64,000 bases of DNA, taken from positions 1 to 64,000 of the forward strand of contig DF237262.1 of the NCBI GenBank assembly GCA_000708835.1. The letters are read 5' to 3'. This document shows, piece by piece, positions 32,707 through 43,363 of this stretch. Source of the stretch: Klebsormidium nitens. Its lineage: Eukaryota > Plantae > Klebsormidiophyceae. The translations under genes were made by a program, and so were the position numbers. The notes beneath the pieces were generated by a model, which worked only from the letters and a program-made list of their open reading frames with translations, was not told the origin of the DNA and did no database searches. The first letter of the stretch is position 1, and every line of letters starts with the position of its first letter.

Positions 32707-33419
32707 TTTACGGGTCAGTGCATGCAAGAGCGGCATCCTTGATAGACGTACAGCTTCCGGATTTGCATTTGTATCGGACGTTTACGCACAGTGAAGTGAC
32801 TTTGTAAACACACGTTCCATCGCTGTATATAGTAAATGGACAGGCTTGAACCCGAGCTTATATGGCTAGCTCCAATTAGTGTCTGACGCAGACGCATTGG
32901 ATGGTGATGCGGTGACGCCCCTCTTCTTAGCGACTATCGCCATTCTGATTGTTACAAAAAGCTCCGGTTGATTTCAGTACTAGGCCACGCTGCACTTTGT
33001 TTGAAATATGTACATATACAAAATGAGCTGCATCATGAGGCTGCGGCGGCAGTTAGCTAGCCATTTGATTGCAGTGACTCACTACTAGCTGTTTAGAGCG
33101 CTTGCGTTGTATGAAAAGTTTCATAAACGATCGGCATTGCATATCCGGCAGGCCCGCCGCGCGGCTAATCGACTGCCGCATCTTGGGGCCGCGGCGATGC
33201 ATGTATGTTGGTATTTAATGCCCACAATGCTTTAAGTAATAACAGCCTCGGATCAAACGATAGCAATCAGGACCGGTATCATTCGACAATACCAGAATGC
33301 AGTCTCGGTCCGTCGCGCGTGCGCTGAAACATTTGAAAAGTAGGTCCAACCGCATTGGCAGGTCGCGGGCAGGTACAGCTTAAATGGGCATGGGATCTTT
33401 GACGCACTAGAATACGTTC

Positions 33420-36400
33420 TTACCGCTCTGTAGAATCCGACAAATCACTACGTCCTTCTCGCGACTCTCTACCTGATCTCCAGACTCGCCTAACGTCTCC
33501 AGGTCGGATCTCCGACTGATCTCTTCCAATTGCGCTTCGTTGCTCGCGCGCTCCTAGGAACGCTTCCCGGAAGCGCACGTCATTTGGCGTCAAAAGCGCG
33601 CTGATTGACACCAGCCGGTCGAAGGAGCCCGCGGCTCGGGCGCCCTCGTGCCGGGGCTTTATTCTGGTGTCAAGGCTGAAGCTGAAGAAGCGCGGGAAGC
33701 GTACCTACGAGGATGAGCAACTACGGTTAAGTTTGGCGTCGAACAGATGCTCAACTTTCCAGTCTCTCATCTCCGGTCCAGATTCATTATGTATAACATT
33801 GCTCCGGCTTTGTGTCAAGCACATATTTCTAGATCGTGAGAGAGGAAAATGATACTCATAAGGCTGGATTTTTCAGCGGATTGGCTCGTCTCCCTTACCG
33901 GGTAAGCGGCCAACGTCAACTTTCTCGATTGCTTGATACAGAATTTCAGGAAAGGATTGGAGAAAGAGAATCGAATTCTTTGGAGAAAGAGAATCGAATT
34001 CCGCACTGCCGAAGATAGCTGGCAAGTCCTCTAGCGAGCTCCTCTAGCGAGATCGACTCGTTTAGAAGGTCATCCACTTCTTGCGCAGTACCTCAAGAAG
34101 AAAAGCATAAGATTACGAACTCTTCGAGCTCGTTAATTGAGCGCCCCATCTGCGCGCCATCTAGATTCCCAGGTAGTTGACTTCGGGCTGGCAGTGCCGC
34201 CTAGCAGGTAATCTACTTTTGATGCAGACGTAACACAGAAGTTCATAAAACGGAACAATCCAAAGTACCACAAGAATGTGACGAACTCACGAGCTCATCC
34301 ACCGGGCGCGCTATCAAGATAGCCGATCGGGGGCTGAACGCTGTCGCTTACGCTGTACTTCAGGAGGTAGGCAACTCGATGCCAAAGCGAACCAGAAGTT
34401 GGTCAGAAAACATAGAAGCACAATCAAGGAGTGAGTTACAGACTCACGAGCTCGTCAACCGGGCGCCCCATCTCATTCACCAGGTAGTCGACTTTGGGCT
34501 GAAAGTTGCCGCGGACGCTGTAGGTCAAAAGGTCCGGAAACTGTTCAACCATGTAGGCGAGTTCGTGTCGGCTCAGGCCGAGACGCTCGAAGAAGGAGAC
34601 CTGCAAGAAGGAGGAATCTGGCTGGCGTTGACTGACAGGCGTTGGGAGCATAGAAACGCTTCCAGTTAGGAAGGCAAGAGGACGCGATGGCAACGGAGTC
34701 CCAAAGAGGAGGTCGAAAAGGGCTGATCATTTAGCACAGACTGAACTTGATTACGCCGATCAGTTGACTCCCAATTGATACGAGAAGAATTCTATCTTCA
34801 GCGTTTCTTTCCCCAAATTGGATCTAGCAGCTTTGCCGTTCCAGAACCTGACTTGGTTATGCTAACCATGATCATTATTGTATTGTGGTGGACCAAGTAC
34901 CGCATGATCAGCATGCAAGTAGGTACCTGCCTACTCCGATGAGGAAAGCAGCCTCAGCCTTCTCGGTGTACGACTTTGCGGAAAACAAATAGAGAAGATA
35001 GATAGATATGTCAACAAACGAACGAATAATTGAAGAAACGAACGAACAAACAAACCGAACAAACAGACAAAAAAAGACAACAAAGACACAGTCAAACAAA
35101 TATACAATCCGACAAACACAACAAACACACCAACAAACAAACAGATTGGTCAACGGATGAACGAACAAAGAAGAGGATAAACAACAGACGAATACTCGTA
35201 ACCACTCCGGCACCTCACCCGCTCCTCGAGACCCTGCACGCTGGTCAGCAGCACCCGGGGCTTCCACCCGACCACTTTCCCGACCTGGCCTTCCGTCAGG
35301 CCCAAGTCGTACAGAAAGTCTAGCTTCTCCCGGGGCACTTCCAACCGGGTGCCCAGCAGCTCGGGGACGGTCAGCAGCAGCTTCTCGGTTCGAGTGGGCG
35401 GAATATCGGCCTCCGTTTCGAGAAAGTCGATCACCGCGGCGAGGCGCGCCGGGCCTTTAAGAAGGGCCTAAAGGAAGAAAAACGACTACGATTCTTGTAA
35501 GTTTAGATGTACTATACTGTGAGATTATGTTGGCATGCTTGCTCCGTGAATCTGACTCTGTGAGACCTCTATTCCAACTCAGTAAATGATTATGTATGTG
35601 CCCCCCTTTCCAATTTTACAACGAGCAAATCACTCTATTCTCTTCTCCGGCCCTTCTAGAAGGCCCCGCACGCCTCGAAACGAAGGCGAACCATCTAAAC
35701 CAACGTCATCTCACTTTGCATTACTTCATTCCAACTTACTGACAAATCACACTCGTTTCTTTTTCTCCAGGCCCCTCTTAAAGGCCGGGCGCCCTCGCCG
35801 CGGTGATTGACTTAATTCGCCAGATGGGAGTGAGGTATTGCTGGGTCAAGTAGCGCTCCTAACCAGAACATGTGAGTTTAGTGTAGCGGGCCTGTCCGGC
35901 AAATTCCCTCAACATTTGTCGATCCGCCAAGAAGATTGGACGGACGGAAGATCGTCAACGCAATGAAAGGGGTCAAACAAGGGGGATGATAATGAGACTA
36001 TGACGATGATAAAAGAAGAAGTAAGGAGCAATAAGATGCTGGAAAAGAGGAGAGAATCGGGATGCACGGCGTTGCGGCGGGCTCACCTGTGGGCACTTTG
36101 TGACAACTAGACCGATGTGGGCTCGCTTGTGCTGAACGCCGACGTTCAGAAGCAACTGGAGGGACGGTCGTAGGAGCCTGCAAAGAGAACCAGCGAACAA
36201 ACTCAACAGTCAAACTCAACAGTCAGTCAGTTGCATTCCTGTGTTAATACTGTTCCGTTCGTGCTTCCTGGGTCGACGTGGAGAGCCGGTAGTCGTACGC
36301 CCTACGGTGCAACGGCATGAGCCGCGCAAAGATGAGCACAATCCAACTTGTCTACAAAAACGTTAAGTGCAGAGAGCAACGGGAGGCACGCCACGATCGG

Positions 36401-39400
36401 GTAGGTGAAGAGCAGAGCTTGCATCTTCTCAATGAGAGAGGAAGGACCAAGATGAAGGATCTAATTCACAATTCAGTGGGTCAGCGAAGGACCCAGTATC
36501 CGATGATTCGAAAGCGGATCACAGCTTATCTCAAAATGTGCCCATTCACTTGCTTGGCCTGAGCTTTCCATGAGCGGAATTACTGCAACTAGGTGTTCAT
36601 GCCTGTGGTCAAACCAAGTCGACATATGAAACAAGAAAAGGCACATAAGATCTGCGCTTAATGAAAAGGCGCAGCTGCCGCGGAAAGAACACTGCATATT
36701 CGTCAAGATTTAAAGAAGGACTCATGAGACCTGGAAAGACTCACCCATTGATGTCGCAGAAGAGGATATGCGGCAACCCCGCGACGACCTTCCCAACCGT
36801 ATCTATGGCCACAAGCGCCTCGCGATAGAGGAAATCGACGGTCGGGATGGCAGCAACGTACGCCGTCTCGCTGAGCACGTACGGCCACCGTCCGATCATG
36901 CGCGCCAGGTCAGACCAGCTAATGCGCAGGATCGACTGCAAGACAAACGGGGTGGCAGAACATTAGGTACTTGACGTGGTTAAAAACCAAACCCTCATTG
37001 GTGAAGTTGTGAGTTTCTACTCTTGGCCCAGGTCTTTGAGTAAGAGAAGATTGAGATAGACGAAACCGCAGGCATTCAGGCAAAACGCAAACTAAGGCGT
37101 TCGAATGCTCCCTTTTGATGCTGTAAAGGAGGTAACTTCAGCTTTTCACCGAGATCTTCGGAAGGAGCGAGGAGTTTGAAAGCAGGTATCAGAACAGCTG
37201 ATGCAAACAAACAATGTAGTTTGGACAGTTTTGACGTCTTTAGCGTTTGAACTTGAAGACCATGGGGGGTCCGAAAGCACGGAAGTGAGAGACTGAGGCT
37301 TTGCATATTTACCCTATTCGGAACGTACTAGAAAAGGCACGGGATTGCAGCGCCACAAAAGCTGCAACCTCGAAAACAGACGAACTTGAGAAATAAAGAC
37401 CAAGTGCATTGGTCCAGCACGGACTGAACGCACGTCAACCCTGCCTTCAACCAGGTCCGACATCTCACTCTTCGACTTATCGTCCGGATGCAACCCTACA
37501 ACAGATCCACCAGCACAAACCTGCATTGAACCTCTTCGCTTAAGTTCGCCTCTTTTATGCCAAGAAGCGTCTGAATTCAAGAATGGGCCTGTACAACCTT
37601 ATGTTCGTAGTGAGGATTCGCGAGCAATCCACACCATTTCAAATCTCAACCCACCTTGAGATCCCGCATGCGCGGCTTCAACTCCGTTTCCACGTCGAGC
37701 GCAAATGCCGGCGGGAACAGCAGCAGCGCGTTTGCGGCCTCTGCTGACGTCATCCCGACCTCCCGTTCCATATACTCCGCCACCCTCTCGAAGTTCTTCG
37801 TTTCCAGGCTGGGAAAGAGCAGCTCCGGGAAAGAGGAGACGACCAGGCTAGCGCCCCAGGGGGATCCCCGAGCTCCAGGGTTCGGGTTTGGGGTAACGAG
37901 GGTTGCTTCTCGGGTCACGGAATTTGGGTCTGGGTTAACGGGGGTGTTGGCGGATTGACCGAGGCCCCTCGAAGATGGGTTAGCGGAGGTTAGCGGTTGG
38001 TCAGAAGGCGGTTCAGCTGTGGTTGACAAACAACTGGAGGGGTTGGAGGCGGCTGATTCCGACTCCGTAACTAGGTTCGTGGAGGGGTTTGCGACAGGGT
38101 TACCGTCATATCGTGCTGGGTTAGCGGAGCTAACCCCGTCGTCTGTACCACTACTTAAATCGGCCAATTGGCTGGGACTAGGAGGGGAGTTTTGTTGAAC
38201 TTTGGAGGGGCTTCCTTTCAACGCCTCAATAGCAGCGCTGCTGGCACTAGACCCTAGTCCTACATGCGCGCTGGCCGACTGTGCTTGGCTAAGATCGCTA
38301 AGGCTGTCAATCTCCCCTGCTTCTGACAAACCGTCAACCTCTGAATCAACACCCCCGTGTGATGCTTGGGCCGATGGGTAATCAACTCGCTGACTCTCCA
38401 CTTCGTCGGACCCTCTTCTAAAACCACCGTCGAGACTGGAGCTAGGATTAGAAACGGGGCTGGACTTCGCCGCCCTGATCTCCCATTCCCGCACCGCCGC
38501 GACCGCCGCCTCTAGATACCGCACGTTGCGCTCGATGTCGTCATCCTCCCGCATCCTGCTCAGCGTCTCGTCGCGCCCCCTGACGAGAATCCGCTCCGCA
38601 GCCCCGAGCCCGTCCGCGCACCCGAACAACCGCTCGAAAACTCGCACCCTGGTTATGATCTCCGTTATTGGCAGAACGGCCCGCCCCTTCGGGCCCCGTG
38701 AGCGCTTCAACACGCGCAAGATCCGTTTGATCTCGTGGGGGGGAATGCCGAGGCTCTCAAAGAAGGGGGGTAGCGAGCCCCCCCCGCGGCTCTCGTCAGC
38801 ACACCACCGAAGCTTCCAGCAATAGGCGGCTGTGTCTTGGTCACTACTCTCTGTCGTCGACTCTGCTTCCGATCCTTCTACGGCCATCCCGTTCTCCTCT
38901 CCGATCTGAGGAGATGAATCAGATGCAAATGAACCAGATGCCTCCGATCCGCTCACATCAGAAATGTTACCAAAGCCAATGTCCGCGCTTGCACCTCTAT
39001 AACTTGATTCTCCCATAGACTCACTACTTTCCGCTCCTTCCGAACCGCGCCCCTTTGCCAGATTCCCATGAGGCCCCTCTCCCAATTGGTCCAAAGCGCT
39101 TTCAAAGCTCTGTCTCTCCTCGTCCGCGCCAGCCCCTTCGGTCCCATTCACACCCCCAGCCTCGTCCCCGTTCACACCTCCCGCATTGGTCCCATCGACA
39201 GCGCCCGTCGTCAAACCGTCCTCATTCTCAAACCCAATCCGAGACTCCGTCTGGTTCGTTCCCCCGCTGACACTTCTGTCTTTCTGTAGCCCCTCTCCCC
39301 CAGCTGTGGATTCGCCCCCCTCTTTTCCCCCATCAATTTCCAGCTCCCCCTCACCCCCGTTCTCCACAGCCGCTTGTTCTTTCTCCCACTCTGCCAGCCG

Positions 39401-40624
39401 ATACGGCTCTCCCCGGGTCGGCCCGATCCCCAAAAGCTCCTCCAATTCGCTCTGCTCCTCCGCTCGTCTCCTCACCCCCCGCAGCTTCCACTCCCGCTTT
39501 CTCCTAGATCGGGGGGATGCCTCTACCCCCCCGGGGCCCCCCCCGGCGGCCTTCTTCCCTTTGCTTACCTTCTCCCGCTTCTCTTGGGGGGAAGGCTCTG
39601 GCACCCCAGACAACTGATACGCGCTTGCAAAAGCGGATGTCAGCTTCGATCCCCCCCGTCCAGAAACGCTAGCCTCCTCCTCGTTCTCTACACTCTTCCC
39701 CGCCTCTTCGAGCGGCATGTTTCGACCCGCGCTTTCTACCCCCCCATCGAGAAGCCCCAAGTCCGCCCAGATGTCGGGGGGCCCATCCATTTCGGACACC
39801 TTCTCTACTAAACTTCGGCAGTACTGCGGGGCAGCTGCGGCGATATGGATCGCTTCGGACGCCTCCACCCCTTCGCTCTGTAGCTGTACGGCGACGACCT
39901 GCGCCGCCTGCTGCAGCCTCCACTCATAAGACCTCCCCTCGTATGCATAAGGCGTCCCCTCATCTGCATAAGGGGTCCCCGGACCTGGTGGAGTTTCCGC
40001 TGCCGCCGAAGGCTCGGACGAAGAAGCAGGCAAGGTAGTATCTTGACTGTCAAAGTGTTGGGGAGTAGTAAAAGATAGGGGCACCGCTGCAGCGTCAACT
40101 GAACTGTCAGTTTTAGGGTTTCCTCCAGTTGGCACCCTTTGACCATCAGCCCCATCGGAAGACTTGCCGAAAACTGCATCCCGAAGTGTGTCTCCTTCAC
40201 CATTACCTATGGAGATTGAGTTTGCACCACCATTCTGTTCCCTCTCTTGTTCCTTTCCCCCTGAGGCATTGTCAGAAGTTCTGGAAGACCGACAAGAAAC
40301 AAGAGCCCTCCGCTTGGCAGCACTTCTTGCATTTGGCCAGCACCACCATACATTGCTGTCACAAGCCACGGCTCTTCTTATTCTTCTTCCAGCAATTCCT
40401 CCCCCTTCCGATGTCAATTGGCAGCACTCTTGATTCTGTCCTGCAAGGTAGACACCGCATAGAACCCCCTGGGCTGTCTTGAAAGGGGAAAGAGAAGGCA
40501 AGGCGTATGGCTGAAGCACGGATGCCCGACGCAGAGGTGTTTCGCCAGCAAACGTCCGACAGCCCTGAGATGCAGCATATTCATAGGGAACGCAGCATGG
40601 GGCTATCCGGACAGAAGCAGCCAT
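33420..40624 (-). CDS. mTERF-family protein with a long acidic, disordered N-terminal region; probably organelle-targeted. Exons approx: 37652-40624, 36753-36938, 36087-36179, 35219-35467, 34447-34602, 33420-33704
   Basis: mTERF repeats: FPELLFPSLETKNFERVAEYM...FPPAFALDVETELKPRM; FPDLLTYSVRGNFQPKVDYLVNEMGRPVDEL; terminal VRFPRFFSFSLDTRIKPRH. Phases agree. The N-terminus is rich in Ala/Ser/Arg/Cys, like a transit peptide (inference). Confidence 0.9.
34125..34345 (-). repeat. Two decayed direct copies of the end of mTERF exon 34447-34602 in the next intron; the one at ~34285-34345 keeps the donor
   Basis: cccaggtagttgacttcgggctg (34167ff) and actcacgagctcatccaccgggcgcg (~34288) match caccaggtagtcgactttgggctg and actcacgagctcgtcaaccgggcgcc. 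Confidence 0.8.
35030..35175. repeat. Degenerate (AAAC)n / (TTTG)n microsatellite in an mTERF intron
   Basis: aacgaacaaacaaaccgaacaaacagacaaaa...acaacaaacacaccaacaaacaaacag. Confidence 0.8.
35620..35812 (+). repeat. Two INVERTED copies of the mTERF acceptor and exon start (exon 35219-35467) within the upstream intron
   Basis: + strand ttttctccag|GCCCCTCTTAAAGGCCGGGCGCCCTCGCCGCGGTGAT (35771-35807) vs - strand ttcctttag|GCCCTTCTTAAAGGCCCGGCGCGCCTCGCCGCGGTGAT (35/38 identical, one gap). A weaker copy lies at ~35640-35680. Confidence 0.9.
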
Positions 40625-41210
40625 CTCTTTCTGCGTTTGCTTCCTACTCTAGCGCCATTCGGAATCAAAGGGACTTGAACTTCGTTCTCACTTCATCATG
40701 CGGTGTCGCATCCTTGCATCCTTGGCCCTCCAGGCTCTCCACCGTCACGCATGTTTGGCAGCTCGAGGCTAATCGAATTTCTAACCCACCGCCGGGTTCC
40801 GAAGCCGGCTGCCGTCTCAACTGCCGGCGCCAATCCCTATAGAGTTGTATTATGTACTGGGATTGCGCTGGAATATCAAATTGGGCCTTGGCCCAGAGAA
40901 TGACGGATCTGCCGTTGAAAACAAGGTTAAAGATCCTGGTTATGAAGTGAACCTCGGGTTTTCCCGGTTCCGTTCTGCGACCTGCGGCTGCTCTGACACG
41001 GCACTCCCTCTCGATCTCGCTGAGGCTTTGCAAAGATGTGAGGCCAGATCCCCAATGAGCTCCATCGCAAGAAGCGGTTGCATGGGGAGTCAGCAGAGCT
41101 GGAGGGAGCAGGGGCCAGCATTTGGCATTGCTGTTGGCATTGCTTGCTTCTAGAACTGCAGACTTCCTAGCAGCTGCAGTGGGAAAGGGGACGTTGCAAG
41201 CTGACCAATT

Positions 41211-41936
41211 ATGGCAGCGGCAAGCAAGGAGGAGGTTCAGTCGCAGCGATCAAACGCTGGATACTTGCAGCGGCAATGGAGCAAGCTATCACCCTTCCAG
41301 TTGGTTCTCATCTGCATATTGACTGCGCTCATAACCTCCGGGAACGTGAGCTGGACAGACATCTCGTATTGCATTGCTAGCACCGCTTACTTTGTCTTCT
41401 TTGCGGTCAAGGTGTTCCCTCCACTTTTGAAAGCTGGATCACCCACTCCAGTCGATCAAGCTGCGCTTCTCTTTAAGAACAACGAGTTGTTCAAGCTGTA
41501 CATGACGGTAGCCGCTTTCCTTGGCTTATTCGTTCCTTGCATCTTCATTCTCGCCGCAGCGTTCTTTGGATTTGAGGAAGGCGTAAGATCAACGATTCCG
41601 CACGTGTTCCTTCTGGTCGCTCAGATCATCTCCGAAACTGGTTGTGCGGATGTTGCTGTTTCGGACCCGATTAGAGTGCTCGTTCCTGCGAGCTATAATA
41701 CCAGGCGACTCGTCACATTGGTGCATTGGACCAAAGTTGCGACTAGCCGACAAGTGGGATCTGATATAACGCTCCTGTGGCAAGTATTTGAGGCAATCTT
41801 GGCCGTCACCAACCTAGCCTTCTGGACATACAATCTGCTAGGTTTCCTCCTGCCAGTATACCTCCCGTTACAGCTCCGCTTCTATTTCAAGCAAGAAGCG
41901 GAGCTGAAGAGGGCCTCCGCAAAGGGTGCGGAATAA
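41211..41936 (+). CDS. Single-exon, 241-aa plant-type multi-pass membrane protein of unknown function
   Basis: Clean ATG-to-TAA ORF with several hydrophobic helices. The motifs SDPIRVLVPASYNTRRL..L..W and NLAFWTYNLLGFLLPVYLP resemble an uncharacterised plant membrane family (recalled, not searched). Confidence 0.85.
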   Translation: MAAASKEEVQSQRSNAGYLQRQWSKLSPFQLVLICILTALITSGNVSWTDISYCIASTAYFVFFAVKVFPPLLKAGSPTPVDQAALLFKNNELFKLYMTVAAFLGLFVPCIFILAAAFFGFEEGVRSTIPHVFLLVAQIISETGCADVAVSDPIRVLVPASYNTRRLVTLVHWTKVATSRQVGSDITLLWQVFEAILAVTNLAFWTYNLLGFLLPVYLPLQLRFYFKQEAELKRASAKGAE

Positions 41937-43363
41937 GCTCAAGCGGAACTGTATTCGCTTTGCTTCACGCTCTCCGCTAAGAGATGAACCAGAGGCATGA
42001 CAGATCTATATACGTCACTACGGAAAAGAGTTGTTAGAACCTCTCTTTCCAGAAAGCTAGGCTCTCGATTGACCTATGTTTGGAGTAAAAGCATAACAGC
42101 CTTGTGTTTGATAAGTAGGTTATGCAGGCATTGAAACGTCAATTCGTGTTGCCAATAGTATGGCAACTTTATGTCTTGGAGCGCAACGGGTACCATGAAG
42201 TGTAGTAGACAGCAGCTGTCACGTCCACCTCTCTGTGTAATATCCGCACTCTAGCTTGCGATGGTTAGCTTACCAGTGACTGGCAAAGCAGTCATACAGG
42301 TTGTACTGATAGCGCCTTCAGATCACTACTCATAGCAGTCAATCATATTTGGAAATAGAGAATTGCTGTTCTCGGGCGCTGGTATCACTTCCGACGATAC
42401 CAGTACGATCCTTTCGATCCTTTCAATCATGGTCCTGAGATTGCTCCTCACTGCAGGCTTCGATCTATGGTTCACCATTCAGCAGAGCTTGCATTGAGTC
42501 CTCTTATTTGACGCTCAAAGTGCACCGCGGCCTGGGGGCCCCACCACTTGCAACCTTCTGAGTTTCATGTTTGGAAATCCTCCTAGCGCATGCTGCATGT
42601 ATGTAATGAATTAGGCATATATTATGCATGCAACAGTTTTCCACGCGCCCGACCAGACTCGCTTGCAATAGAGTGGCTTATATAGTATATTTGAATCGCC
42701 ACATATATAAATTATATATATTCGCAACATGCATGCAACCCATACGTACGTGGGCGCGGCCACCGCATACGTGACCGTGACAGCTTTGTGAAGCTTCAAC
42801 CCATTAACAATCTTGCGATCCGAGTCATATGGAATGTGCGACGGTGCAGTCATATATATAGCGATGGCGCACTCGTGTGATTGTAGCTCTTGCAATATAG
42901 CATATGCCATATAATATGCTTTACGTTCAAGCAAATTTTGCAGCTTTGAATTCGTGCTGCCTGCGCTTGTGCTGCAGCCATATTCCATCTGCAGCCACGT
43001 ACATGACAGTGAATGATCATGACAAACTGCATACATAGTTGCCCAGGCCACATGAGAGCGAGCATGAATTCCGGAGGGCGGTCGTCTACATCTGCTTCCT
43101 AGATCGTGCAAACCAATCGCCAGAAAACCGACCCGTGCAAGCAAGCAAGGAGGTGAGAAAAAGCACAAAACTTTCCACGTGGATGATAACATGGCCAAAC
43201 ATGACCGTCCACATGCTTAAAAGTATAATGTACATTTTACTATTTACGAGCTACCATTACCTCCCTTGACCATGTACTTTCAGCAACCATCAAACTTCTC
43301 GCCACTGACCAATGTACGAATTGGGACACCTACTTATTGTCTGATGCTGTACACACCTACCCG

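Noticed and set aside
34908-35267. Hydrophobic 119-aa ORF resembling a membrane protein
   Set aside because: It is a translation of the (TTTG)n microsatellite in an mTERF intron.
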